Origin: a phage
Sequence record: PV805638.1
Length of the DNA: 64,000 bases
Direction: 5' to 3' (one strand)
Positions 1 through 8,443 of the stretch are shown here, one piece after another. The notes beneath the pieces were generated by a model. That model made no database searches. It was not told where the DNA came from and saw nothing but the letters and a program-made list of their open reading frames with translations. Within the stretch, counting starts at the first letter, position 1. Each line of letters opens with the position of its first letter. A program made the translations under genes and the position numbers.

Positions 1-87
1 TGACTGGGGCTACACCCTTACACTCAACCATCCCCCCCGGTATGTTGACCCTGTAGCCACTACCCTACCCCACCTTACACGTTACAC

Positions 88-100
88 GTTGCTCCGCAAC
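88..100 (+). promoter_or_regulatory. vRNAP-type hairpin early promoter candidate (5-bp stem, 3-nt loop; top strand GTTGC-TCC-GCAAC)
   Basis: Perfect 5-bp inverted repeat with 3-nt loop; template-strand reading GCGGAGC puts G at loop centre and G three positions into the stem, as I recall for N4 vRNAP promoters; 44 nt upstream of first ORF; same core at 767 and 5108. Confidence 0.55.
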
Positions 101-143
101 CTATGGACATGTCGTCCTATCATCAACTATTGGAGCTATCATC

Positions 144-467
144 ATGACTACTACCGCTACTGTACGTATGACCGCAGGAACTCTGCTGGGTACTGTTAAC
201 TCTGCTGCTACTACTGTTGCAGATTCATTCGGTGCTGCTACTAAAGCAGTTGGTATGCTTAATTCTTACGTAGCTACTATGGCAAAGAAACAAGCCATTC
301 GTACTAAATTAGAAATGCATACTTTCGAAAACAAATTAGCTGAAGAAACAGCTATGAACGAGACTATGCGTAAGAAAAGTATCGAAGAATTCTGCAAAGA
401 CCCAGAAAACGCTCGTATCTACAACGCAGAATATTCAAGAATAATTGACATCCTGTCTAAAGACTAA
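144..467 (+). CDS. hypothetical early protein
   Basis: ORF 107 aa, GGAG RBS upstream, first gene after hairpin promoter. Confidence 0.6.
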   Translation: MTTTATVRMTAGTLLGTVNSAATTVADSFGAATKAVGMLNSYVATMAKKQAIRTKLEMHTFENKLAEETAMNETMRKKSIEEFCKDPENARIYNAEYSRIIDILSKD

Positions 468-470
468 ATC

Positions 471-497
471 AATAGGAGGCTCTTCGAGCCTCCTATT
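471..497 (+). other. perfect 12-bp stem / 3-nt loop hairpin (AATAGGAGGCTC-TTC-GAGCCTCCTATT), no U-tract
   Basis: Perfect inverted repeat read directly, immediately after stop of ORF 144..467; not followed by T-run so not a classical intrinsic terminator. Confidence 0.5.
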
Positions 498-556
498 AAG
501 GGCATTAGATAGATAGATAGTCAGTTCTGTATAAAAAGATAGGAGAGATACCTACT

Positions 557-703
557 ATGAGCAAACTAAAAAACGCATTCATGCTGATTGTCAGTGTCCT
601 TGCACTTGTTGCTATGGTTTCCGTATACATTGGAAAACCTCTGGTAAACACTGACTATGGTCATGGTCAGAAAGTAAAATCCATCCTGCTAATGGATAAG
701 TAA
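557..703 (+). CDS. small hydrophobic protein (48 aa, one predicted TM helix)
   Basis: ATG with AGGAGAG RBS 8 nt upstream; hydrophobic core LIVSVLALVAMVSVYI; below the ORF-track length cutoff. Confidence 0.4.
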   Translation: MSKLKNAFMLIVSVLALVAMVSVYIGKPLVNTDYGHGQKVKSILLMDK

Positions 704-766
704 AATGTCCTTGAATCTAAATCACCGTAAGAAACTCTGGATATCTTACATACCCTAAAAGACAAC

Positions 767-779
767 GACGCTCCGCGTC
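767..779 (+). promoter_or_regulatory. vRNAP-type hairpin early promoter candidate (GACGC-TCC-GCGTC)
   Basis: Same GCTCCGC core and 5-bp/3-nt geometry as 88..100; upstream of ORF 888..1271. Confidence 0.55.
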
Positions 780-887
780 TTATGGATGATGTAAATGCAT
801 CCACTAATCATTGAAATTTTATCCTTTTGTTTGGGTGTTCTCACCGACGAGTTCACCCGTCAATCACATAAATCTGGAGAGTACAAA

Positions 888-1271
888 ATGTCTATTCAAA
901 AATTCACTTTCGGTCAATCTAACGCTGCTGCTACTTCTACTGCTAAAACTGATAAACCAAAAGCTCAGTTCTGGCTGAACATTGGTTATGTAGCTAATGA
1001 AGGCTCTGATGATGAGAAATTCATCTCGCTGCCTACTGGTATTCCACTGGATACTCAGGAACCACTGCCAACTAACAGCAGCAATGCTGACTTCCGTGCT
1101 ATGCGTTGTGCACAGAACGATTTGTTAGAACAGTTAATCGAATATGCTCAGAACCTGAAACCAGGTGAAGAAGGCATCATTAACCTGCAAGTTCAACTTC
1201 GTCGTGTGAAAGCAGAGGCTGCTGACATCCCAGCAGACGAGAATAAATATGCTCGTAAACTGACTTTCTAA
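888..1271 (+). CDS. hypothetical early protein (127 aa; ORF track begins at 795 but the RBS-supported ATG is 888)
   Basis: GGAGAG RBS 7 nt before ATG 888; followed by intrinsic terminator. Confidence 0.55.
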   Translation: MSIQKFTFGQSNAAATSTAKTDKPKAQFWLNIGYVANEGSDDEKFISLPTGIPLDTQEPLPTNSSNADFRAMRCAQNDLLEQLIEYAQNLKPGEEGIINLQVQLRRVKAEAADIPADENKYARKLTF

Positions 1272-1281
1272 TCAACCACTG

Positions 1282-1309
1282 GACTCCCTTCGGGGAGTCT
1301 TTTATTTTT
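1282..1309 (+). terminator. rho-independent terminator
   Basis: GGACTCCC-TTCG-GGGAGTC hairpin followed by TTTTATTTTT. Confidence 0.7.
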
Positions 1310-1414
1310 AACTCAGCGATAAACTAAGTTTAACTTTTAGGGGCTTTTCGACGAAGAGTCACTAAAACTTAAACGTAAACAGAAGCAGATAACTTAGAGT
1401 AAGGAGTAATCAAG

Positions 1415-1714
1415 ATGCGTACACTATGTAACCGTTATAATCCAACCGGACTGATTAACATCATGGCCTTATATGGTAGCAAAATGACTTATGGTGCTCG
1501 TTGGCAAGTGTCTGTAGAAGACAAGAATGGCAAATGTCATGACCACTACTTCGTAGCTAAGCCTACTCGTAAACAAATCCGTAAACTTCACAAAGTACGT
1601 AAGCATTACTTACTAAGTAAATGCTACGAATGTGGCAAAAGGATAGAACTAGGTAAAGAATTTACTTTTGATGATCTCAACTATGCTCACAATAACTGCT
1701 TAGGAACTAAATAA
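1415..1714 (+). CDS. hypothetical protein with Cys/His pairs (possible zinc-binding)
   Basis: ORF 99 aa; CHDH ... CYECGKR ... HNNC pattern. Confidence 0.5.
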   Translation: MRTLCNRYNPTGLINIMALYGSKMTYGARWQVSVEDKNGKCHDHYFVAKPTRKQIRKLHKVRKHYLLSKCYECGKRIELGKEFTFDDLNYAHNNCLGTK

Positions 1715-1715
1715 A

Positions 1716-2120
1716 ATGACTACTCATAAAATTGTAAAAAGCTGGACTACTGAAGCTGGTTTATCTGCTGTAATCCTGCTAGTAAATGATGGTTCTCACC
1801 ATTGTGGTTACGTAGCATTGCCTGCTGATTTAGCAGACAAAGACTTTATTAATTATGATCCAGAAGAATCCATTTCTGTTCATGGTGGTGTTACCTATCA
1901 AGATGCACTTCCTCAATTAGAGGATAAAATCGCTATCGGTTTTGATTGTGCTCATCACGGTGACCTCATGAAATGCCCTGAGAAGTACAAAGGTACTCCT
2001 CTGGAAGGACTGCGCATGTATTCAGAAGGTGTATGGCGAGATGAGCAATATTGCACCAATGAGTGTGAGTCTATGGCTAAACAACTAATGGCAATGTTGC
2101 CTAAACAACTAGAAGGATAA
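1716..2120 (+). CDS. hypothetical protein
   Basis: ORF 134 aa, start adjacent to stop of previous gene. Confidence 0.5.
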   Translation: MTTHKIVKSWTTEAGLSAVILLVNDGSHHCGYVALPADLADKDFINYDPEESISVHGGVTYQDALPQLEDKIAIGFDCAHHGDLMKCPEKYKGTPLEGLRMYSEGVWRDEQYCTNECESMAKQLMAMLPKQLEG

Positions 2121-2124
2121 TGCT

Positions 2125-2277
2125 ATGAAGCTACTAGCAGAGATTCTGTGTATTTTATTAATGATACTGCTGGTAGCTGCATTTCCGTGGCTATTAGCCG
2201 TAGGCATTATTATTGGTATGCTCGTAGCCGGAGCGAGTGATGCTCGTGGCAGAGATGAGCCAGGTGGAGATGTGTAA
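2125..2277 (+). CDS. small membrane protein (50 aa)
   Basis: ATG 2125; strongly hydrophobic LLAEILCILLMILLVAAFPWLLAVGIIIGMLVA; below ORF-track cutoff. Confidence 0.4.
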   Translation: MKLLAEILCILLMILLVAAFPWLLAVGIIIGMLVAGASDARGRDEPGGDV

Positions 2278-2606
2278 ACACTGCCAGAAGAGTATGTACG
2301 GGGGAACCAGTGATATTCACTAACATTGAGGATGCCATTGAAGAATGTATCTTCCGTAGATATCACACTGGAGTACAGAAACGACACTATGGTGTTGTGC
2401 AACTCAATGGCTATCAAATGGCTGTAAGAATTGTACGTAACAATAAACCTTTTAACTTTATGTGGAGTACTAAACATGCGTAAGTCATTAATCATGGGAA
2501 CCAAAGCTGACGTACAAAAGATGAAAGAGCGTCTGGCTGCTAAGCAACAGGCATCTGAATCAGTACGTAAGATTGTTACCTTCAATCATCCGTGCATCAA
2601 ATAGTA

Positions 2607-2645
2607 AGGAGTCCTCCAATAGGAGGCTCCTATTTTTTATTTTTG
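2607..2645 (+). terminator. rho-independent terminator
   Basis: GGAG(T)CCTCC-AATA-GGAGGCTCC hairpin with one bulge followed by TATTTTTTATTTTT. Confidence 0.65.
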
Positions 2646-2681
2646 AATAGTTAAATATGTATTTAAATAGGAGAAAGAACC

Positions 2682-2990
2682 TTGAATGAAATAGTATGCA
2701 TACTTCCACACTTAGCTAAAGTAGCTGATAGGAATATACGGATACATTTACCCTTCCCATTAAGTAACCCATTCACTCGTAATGAAAGAACCACAGTAGA
2801 GGATATAGAGGTAGCTTATGAAGCTTACCTTCGTAATCGTCTTATTAGTGGTGACAAATTAATTACAGCAGAGATGGAAAGGATTGCTGGCTTTGTCACA
2901 GATAGTACAAAGAAACCTGTTGGTTTAATTGGTACTGAATCTGATGTTAACGTTATTCGTAAAATATTAATGGAGGCATTAAGCCAATGA
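2682..2990 (+). CDS. hypothetical protein (TTG start)
   Basis: ORF 102 aa; AGGAGA RBS upstream; stop overlaps next ATG (ATGATG). Confidence 0.5.
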   Translation: MNEIVCILPHLAKVADRNIRIHLPFPLSNPFTRNERTTVEDIEVAYEAYLRNRLISGDKLITAEMERIAGFVTDSTKKPVGLIGTESDVNVIRKILMEALSQ

Positions 2991-3208
2991 TGTACTCAAA
3001 CGATTATGGTATATGCCCAGTCTGTAAGAAAGGACGTGGAGTTGCCAATCATAAGCGTTGTAGTCGTATATTGCAGAAGCAACGGAACCAGGAAGAATGG
3101 GCTAAGGTGCTGGAAAATCAGCATAAAGAAGAGAATCAACAGATGGCTGTTAGGGCATCTACTCAACGTATTCGCCGTATTAACTATATACAGGGGTATC
3201 AGAAATGA
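2987..3208 (+). CDS. hypothetical protein with CPVCKK motif
   Basis: ORF 73 aa; coupled ATGA junctions on both sides. Confidence 0.5.
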   Translation: MMYSNDYGICPVCKKGRGVANHKRCSRILQKQRNQEEWAKVLENQHKEENQQMAVRASTQRIRRINYIQGYQK

Positions 3209-3564
3209 AACTGATTGTAGCTGGTGGACGTGACTTCACTGACACCAATCGTATGATTATTGAATTACAAAAGCTAGTGGAATCTGGTGAAATAATTGAT
3301 TCACCTGAACTTGTATGTGGTATGGCTAGAGGAGCAGACATTACAGCATACAATCTCTGGAAAGGAGCAGGAATGATAATACATGAATTTCCTGCTGACT
3401 GGGACAGACTAGGTAAGCGTGCAGGTTATGTACGTAATACCGAAATGGCTAATTTCGCAGATACTCTTGTAGCATTCTGGGATGGTAAGTCAAAAGGAAC
3501 CAAGCACATGATTGATACCATGACCCGGTTCAATAATAAGAAAGTAATAGTGGTGAGGTACTAA
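3205..3564 (+). CDS. DUF2493 (SLOG-family, DprA/LOG-like Rossmann) protein
   Basis: VAGGRDF ... GMARGAD ... EFPADWDRLGKRAGYVRN ... FWDGKSKGT matches the DUF2493 pattern from memory. Confidence 0.6.
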   Translation: MKLIVAGGRDFTDTNRMIIELQKLVESGEIIDSPELVCGMARGADITAYNLWKGAGMIIHEFPADWDRLGKRAGYVRNTEMANFADTLVAFWDGKSKGTKHMIDTMTRFNNKKVIVVRY

Positions 3565-3822
3565 GTGATTATTACATTCCCTGCAACTAAATCATTTAAC
3601 TATATGGGACAAACTATTGAAGTCCCATTATGGGTTAAATATGTAGCCTTATTACCTCGACCACAGAAGAGTAAAAATGCCTCACTAATTGGATTTAGTA
3701 GAAAGCCTAAGCTGACTGAAAACTGTATTTGGAAGTCCAGTGGCAGACAAGAGGAAATTGGTTTTTGTGACTACGTACCTCAACCGAATACAGTATATCT
3801 AACCCTGGAGAAAGTAGAGTGA
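3565..3822 (+). CDS. hypothetical protein (GTG start)
   Basis: ORF 85 aa, GTG immediately after previous stop. Confidence 0.45.
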   Translation: MIITFPATKSFNYMGQTIEVPLWVKYVALLPRPQKSKNASLIGFSRKPKLTENCIWKSSGRQEEIGFCDYVPQPNTVYLTLEKVE

Positions 3823-4133
3823 ATAACATTGTAGTAGTACATGATAATACATTTACTGATGTCGATAAGATGATGCGTAATATTGATTACGTATCTCAGA
3901 CTAGTAAAGCATTCAACGAAGAGTTCACTATCTATTGTGAACCAGAATCACCACTGGTTTCTGTATTAAAAGAAGCAGGTCTACCCTTCTCTACAGAGAA
4001 CTTCCCGGAGGAGCCAGAGTATATGATTACATTCATATATGACTTACATGATGGCTCTCCTGCCAGTGAACTAGCTATGAACCAGTGGAGTAGTAAACGT
4101 CCTGTATATGCTTTCCAGGTACTCAAACCATGA
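3819..4133 (+). CDS. hypothetical protein (GTG start)
   Basis: ORF 104 aa, GTGA overlap with upstream stop. Confidence 0.45.
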   Translation: MNNIVVVHDNTFTDVDKMMRNIDYVSQTSKAFNEEFTIYCEPESPLVSVLKEAGLPFSTENFPEEPEYMITFIYDLHDGSPASELAMNQWSSKRPVYAFQVLKP

Positions 4134-4372
4134 TCTATGAAGAATATTATGTATTCAAAAAGGGAGATGATTTTATAGCTATGCCTGATAATTACAGGGG
4201 TTGGCATACAACTCCTGTATTAAAGGAAGCATTTTCCGTACCTAACCTGGAAGAGGTTAATAAAGTAATGAACGGGGTAATGCTAACAAGAGGTATGGCT
4301 TACAAAATAGACGCATTAGAAGGAGCTTCCGTATGCAAAGTAACTACATCCATTGAGGTAGTTAAACCGTGA
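4130..4372 (+). CDS. hypothetical protein
   Basis: ORF 80 aa, ATGA overlap. Confidence 0.45.
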   Translation: MIYEEYYVFKKGDDFIAMPDNYRGWHTTPVLKEAFSVPNLEEVNKVMNGVMLTRGMAYKIDALEGASVCKVTTSIEVVKP

Positions 4373-4749
4373 AAACTATCTCATTAGGTGATAACACCAA
4401 TGCTTTGATGGGTGTATCCGCACGTCCAATTACCATTGTTAATAAACATCACGGTAAATCCGGTGAGTATATTGGGCGTGGCTCACCGTTAGGCAATCCA
4501 TTCGTCATTGGTAAACATGGAACCAGAGAGCAAGTAATTGCTAAGTATAAGGTCTGGCTACAAGAACAGATTGATAAAGGCAATCCAGTTGTACTGGATG
4601 AACTCAATCGTCTTGGTAATAAAGCCATTGATGAAAAAGGTCTGGCCTTACAGTGCTTCTGTTATCCAAAACCATGTCATGGTGAGGTTATTAAAGAGAA
4701 GCTAGTAAAGGCTATGTATAACTACTTTGTAGAAAATCCAAAAGGGTAA
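4369..4749 (+). CDS. DUF4326-family protein
   Basis: GRGSPLGNPF ... LQCFCYPKPCHGEVI matches the DUF4326 signature from memory. Confidence 0.6.
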   Translation: MKTISLGDNTNALMGVSARPITIVNKHHGKSGEYIGRGSPLGNPFVIGKHGTREQVIAKYKVWLQEQIDKGNPVVLDELNRLGNKAIDEKGLALQCFCYPKPCHGEVIKEKLVKAMYNYFVENPKG

Positions 4750-4752
4750 CTA

Positions 4753-5103
4753 ATGAAAGAGATATTCGTATTTACTACCAACATATTAGGTCAACATACC
4801 AATGCTGCTGCCAAGTTAGCTTATAAGAAGCATGGTGCTCGCTGGGGTATGGCCTACGGTCATTATGGTAATAGCTTTGCCATTCCAGTAAGGGATGGCA
4901 ATGGTAACCGAATTAAAGAGGGTGCTATCTATGGCTTCGTTGAAGGCTTTATTTCCTATGCATCTACTAATCCACAGTGGGATTTCAAAGTAATGGGAGA
5001 TGACTTTCTGGACCCATACCTGTTCAATAATGTTACTGGCAATGTACTGTTACCAGAAGCATGGCGTAAACACTTAGGTGATGCTTACAACTACTGGTCA
5101 TAA
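4753..5103 (+). CDS. hypothetical protein (possible Rossmann-like fold)
   Basis: ORF 116 aa; FVFTTN...G...AA motif; family not recognised. Confidence 0.5.
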   Translation: MKEIFVFTTNILGQHTNAAAKLAYKKHGARWGMAYGHYGNSFAIPVRDGNGNRIKEGAIYGFVEGFISYASTNPQWDFKVMGDDFLDPYLFNNVTGNVLLPEAWRKHLGDAYNYWS

Positions 5104-5107
5104 GAAG

Positions 5108-5120
5108 GGTGCTCCGCACC
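5108..5120 (+). promoter_or_regulatory. vRNAP-type hairpin early promoter candidate (GGTGC-TCC-GCACC)
   Basis: Third copy of the GCTCCGC 5-bp/3-nt hairpin, just after the stop of ORF 4753..5103. Confidence 0.5.
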
Positions 5121-5135
5121 TTAAGGAAGTAATCA

Positions 5136-5365
5136 TGGCAGTATCCATTCAGGAAATCATTGTTAAGAGGCACAAGAGAAAATGGGAAAGCTATTACAAG
5201 CTAAAAGAAGTAATTAATGCTGCTTACCTTAGTAAAACAGGTCATGCCAAGATTGAGCTAAATAGTGCATGGCCTTGGAGACATAACATCTATACAGATA
5301 ATCTAATCCTGTTCTATAGCTATGGAAATGAGCATAAGGGTAGCTGTCTAGTTGTAATAATGTGA
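5136..5365 (+). CDS. hypothetical protein (76 aa)
   Basis: ATG 5136 with AAGGAAG RBS downstream of hairpin 5108..5120; ORF-track start 5078 lies inside the previous gene. Confidence 0.45.
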
Positions 5366-5387
5366 TTAACTAATTGGAGAATATGCG

Positions 5388-6206
5388 ATGTACTCATCTA
5401 TCGAACATCAGAAGCAGCTTGAAGTCCTATTCAATAAAAATCAATTACTGCCTCGCATGAGGAAGGAATTCGAGGACTCCAAAGAAATTGACTTTAAGGC
5501 ATTCGCTGCCTATTTAGAAATTGATTATAAGCTGCTCATTGATGCAATGGTGCAGATTGCCCTACATAAACGTGCTGACATCCAGACTATGATTGGCTCT
5601 CTTATGAGTCACTCAGATGATGCTCAGTATATCGCTGACTGTCTGTATAAGATGGCAGAGAATGACTGCTTCAACTATGACCCTACCATCGACAAGTTCG
5701 GTGTTATCTATGAGATTAGTGAAGATGTCCAGATGGAACTGGAAGCATTCCAGTATCCGTTACCTATCGTAAGTGCTCCTAATCCTGTCAGATCTAACAG
5801 GGATACTGGTTACTACCAGACTAGGGGAAGCATTATCCTCAAAAAGAACCATCATGAGATGGATGTCTGCCTTGATCACATCAACCGTATGAACAATCAA
5901 CGCCTCTGTATTAACTGGGATGTTGCTAACTATGTAAAAGATTCTCGTCCTAACATGGATAAACCCAAAGAGGGTGAAACCCGTCAGGAATATGAGAAAC
6001 GTGTTAAAGCCTTTGAGAAGTACAGTCGTACTGCTAAGGAAGTAATGGAGTTAGTGACTCAAGAAGGGAATAACTTCTCACTAGGCCACAAATACGACAA
6101 ACGTGGGCGTACCTACGCTCAGGGCTATCACATTAACTATCAGGGAACCAGCTACAACAAAGCTGTTCTGGAGTTCGCTGATAAGGAGCTGGTAAACGAT
6201 GATTAA
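5388..6206 (+). CDS. phage RNA polymerase II small subunit (T7-like RNAP N-terminal half, N4 RNAP1-like)
   Basis: 272 aa; YDKRGRTYAQG resembles the T7-RNAP D-x-x-GR motif; immediately upstream of a gene carrying motifs A/B/C. Confidence 0.6.
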   Translation: MYSSIEHQKQLEVLFNKNQLLPRMRKEFEDSKEIDFKAFAAYLEIDYKLLIDAMVQIALHKRADIQTMIGSLMSHSDDAQYIADCLYKMAENDCFNYDPTIDKFGVIYEISEDVQMELEAFQYPLPIVSAPNPVRSNRDTGYYQTRGSIILKKNHHEMDVCLDHINRMNNQRLCINWDVANYVKDSRPNMDKPKEGETRQEYEKRVKAFEKYSRTAKEVMELVTQEGNNFSLGHKYDKRGRTYAQGYHINYQGTSYNKAVLEFADKELVNDD

Positions 6207-6359
6207 TAATCGTGCAGTAGAAGACTTCTATGCTCATAGAGAGTTGGTACTGAAACGTATCAATGAAGCAATGAAACGTGAAGCAGAAGCTAAAGCTAAA
6301 CGTAACCGTAAATAAATCCAAATGCGAGCCAAGTGGCTCAAGACGCTAAGGAATACAAA

Positions 6360-6791
6360 ATGCAACTGTTAACTGCCCGTGAATACCTGAAAGTAGATAT
6401 CGCTAACAACTATGGCTTAGACAAGAAGACATGGGATGAGCGTATTAGCTGGTTCGATGAGAATGAAGCTAACCTGCTTAATCTGGTAGATGAAGCTGAA
6501 GAATCTGCATTGTTCTATGCTGGTGTAAACGCATGGAAAGATATGAAAGCCGGTAAGCCTATCGGTTATGCTGTAGCTCTGGATGCTACATCATCCGGCT
6601 TACAGCTACTGGCTTGCCTGACTGGTGACCGTTCTGCTGCTGAACTGTGTAACGTAGTTAACTACATGGGGGAGAATGGTAAGCCATTACGTCGTGATGC
6701 TTATACAGTTATCTATCACAAGATGCTGGACATCCTTGGTGAAGCATCTCGTATTAAACGTAGTGATACTAAGCAGGCCGTTAACCTATAA
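6360..6791 (+). CDS. phage RNA polymerase II large subunit (RNAP2), 5' exon / N-terminal fragment
   Basis: DATSSGLQLLACLTGD resembles T7 RNAP motif A (DGSCSGIQH); ORF stops inside the motif-B region (SDTKQAVNL*). Confidence 0.6.
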   Translation: MQLLTAREYLKVDIANNYGLDKKTWDERISWFDENEANLLNLVDEAEESALFYAGVNAWKDMKAGKPIGYAVALDATSSGLQLLACLTGDRSAAELCNVVNYMGENGKPLRRDAYTVIYHKMLDILGEASRIKRSDTKQAVNL

Positions 6792-7596
6792 GTCATGGCG
6801 GCCTTTAAACCGGGTGAACTCATGGAACATCCCTAGTGGACAATCATGAGCCAAGTTGGTAACGTAGAAAGCTCAATAAGGAGCATTCTATGTCAGAATT
6901 CAAAACGTGCAGTCGATGTAAAGAATTACTTCCTATCGAAGTATTCCCAGAGACTAAAAAAGCAATCACAGGACTCAAGACTAATTACGAGAATCGTTGC
7001 AGACCTTGCAAGGCTGCTGCTGCTCGTGAATGGCGTAAAAATAATCCCGGTTACACTGGAACTGGGATTCTTAAGGCAATACCGGAAGAGCATCGTAAAT
7101 GGTATTCAGCAGTCTCACTTAGACTGAGAGATGCAAAGAGCAGATGTAAAAAGCTCGGTAAGCCTATGCCTGATTGCACAGTAGAGTACTTATTTGAAAT
7201 CCTTAAATCACAGGAATTCAAATGTGCTTTAACTGGTGCAACCTTAGTAATTGAGTCGGGACATCCCTTGTGTCTATCATTAGACCAGATAGAGCCAAGC
7301 AAGGGATATAGTATTGATAATGTTCAATGGTTAGCTTGGTGTGTAAACCGAGCAAAGGGTGACCTTTCTACCAATGACTTTATTGATATGTGTGATGCTG
7401 TTTTGAATAACCAAAAGGTGCAGAGACTATCGAAAAGCAGCGTAAGCTGAACTTAGTAGAGTAGGCCCAAGTGGGTCGAAGCGCCCGGCTAGACTAATAG
7501 TCTAGATGATATAGTCCGAACTCACTGGTAACAGTGAGATGCAGGTAAAGCTGCTGGGGAAGATTAACGACCTTCCTTGAACATAATGTATGACTG
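6790..7596 (+). mobile_element. putative group I intron (about 0.8 kb) with HNH homing endonuclease ORF, interrupting RNAP2
   Basis: RNAP2 homology stops at 6791 and resumes at about 7590 in motif B; no RBS before the 3' part; GNRA-capped hairpin 7521..7538 and other hairpins; boundaries are approximate (+/-10 nt). Confidence 0.45.
6890..7450 (+). CDS. HNH homing endonuclease
   Basis: 186 aa; strong AAGGAG RBS; N-terminal Cys cluster and SLDQIEPSKGYSIDNVQWLAWCVNRAKGD HNH-type motif. Confidence 0.7.
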   Translation: MSEFKTCSRCKELLPIEVFPETKKAITGLKTNYENRCRPCKAAAAREWRKNNPGYTGTGILKAIPEEHRKWYSAVSLRLRDAKSRCKKLGKPMPDCTVEYLFEILKSQEFKCALTGATLVIESGHPLCLSLDQIEPSKGYSIDNVQWLAWCVNRAKGDLSTNDFIDMCDAVLNNQKVQRLSKSSVS

Positions 7597-8384
7597 CATT
7601 CTATGGTTCAGAAGCCAAGCCTAAAGAAGTATTCGGTGAAGGTATTCGTCTCAAGACTTTTGAGAATGTAATGGAAACAGTTGCTAGTGGACCTTGGGCA
7701 CTGAACAAGTTCTTACTGCAATGTGGTAACCCGGATGCTAGCCGTTACGTATGGGTACTGCCTGACAATTTCCATGCTGTCATTAAGGTCATGGTTCCAG
7801 AGGTACAGACCGTTAACTTCTTAGGTAAGCCATTCGACATCACTCGTATGGTTCAGGGTACTGAAGATAAGACTCGTATGCTCTCTGCTAACATCACCCA
7901 CTCTATTGATGGAATGGTGGTACGTGAGATGCTGCGTCGCTGTAACTTCGACATGAACCAGGTGAACTATATTAAGTCCCTCTGTGAAGGGACCAGTGAG
8001 TATATGCTGGGTACTAGCGAAAACTACGACATGGTTAGTCAACTGTGGCATAACTATGAGAAATCAGGATTCCTGTCTACCCGTATCTTTGATTATCTGG
8101 ATTCTGACTCAATTAAACTGGTTGATACAGATGTAATCATGGCTATGCTTAATACCATGCCTAAGAAACCATTCCCTGTAATGACCGTACATGACTGCTT
8201 CCGTTGTCATCCTAACTATGGCAATGACTTGCGTCGTCAGTACAATCAGATTCTGTCTGACATTGCTAAGAGTGACCTACTGGGCTTCATCCTGTCTCAG
8301 GTACTGGGGCAAGAGTTCTCTGCTGGTAAGCTGGATGACAGCCTCTGGCAGGACATCCTTGAAACGGATTATGCATTAAGTTAA
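7590..8384 (+). CDS. phage RNA polymerase II large subunit (RNAP2), 3' exon / C-terminal fragment
   Basis: AFYGSEAKPKE resembles T7 motif B (LAYGSKEFG); TVHDCFRCHP resembles motif C (HDSFGT); exon 1 + exon 2 is about 410 aa. Confidence 0.6.
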   Translation: MTAFYGSEAKPKEVFGEGIRLKTFENVMETVASGPWALNKFLLQCGNPDASRYVWVLPDNFHAVIKVMVPEVQTVNFLGKPFDITRMVQGTEDKTRMLSANITHSIDGMVVREMLRRCNFDMNQVNYIKSLCEGTSEYMLGTSENYDMVSQLWHNYEKSGFLSTRIFDYLDSDSIKLVDTDVIMAMLNTMPKKPFPVMTVHDCFRCHPNYGNDLRRQYNQILSDIAKSDLLGFILSQVLGQEFSAGKLDDSLWQDILETDYALS

Positions 8385-8392
8385 TAAACTGG

Positions 8393-8427
8393 CCTCATAC
8401 CTTCGGGTATGGGGCTTTTATTTTTTG
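8393..8427 (+). terminator. rho-independent terminator
   Basis: 10-bp GC-rich hairpin followed by TTTTATTTTTT. Confidence 0.7.
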
Positions 8428-8443
8428 CTTGGAGGTAGTCAAC

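Noticed and set aside
506-520. (AGAT)3 microsatellite
   Set aside because: Too short to call a repeat feature; noted only as context for the adjacent hairpin
2109-2585. 158-aa ORF on the - strand
   Set aside because: Lies antisense to a run of + strand small genes with RBSs and terminators; sequence is low-complexity; all genes in this block are on the + strand
3006-3233. 75-aa + ORF overlapping 2987..3208 in another frame
   Set aside because: The 2987..3208 frame is supported by ATGA coupling on both sides; this is an alternative-frame artefact
6846-7127. 93-aa + ORF overlapping the HNH gene
   Set aside because: Different frame from the HNH ORF, which has a strong RBS and recognisable motifs
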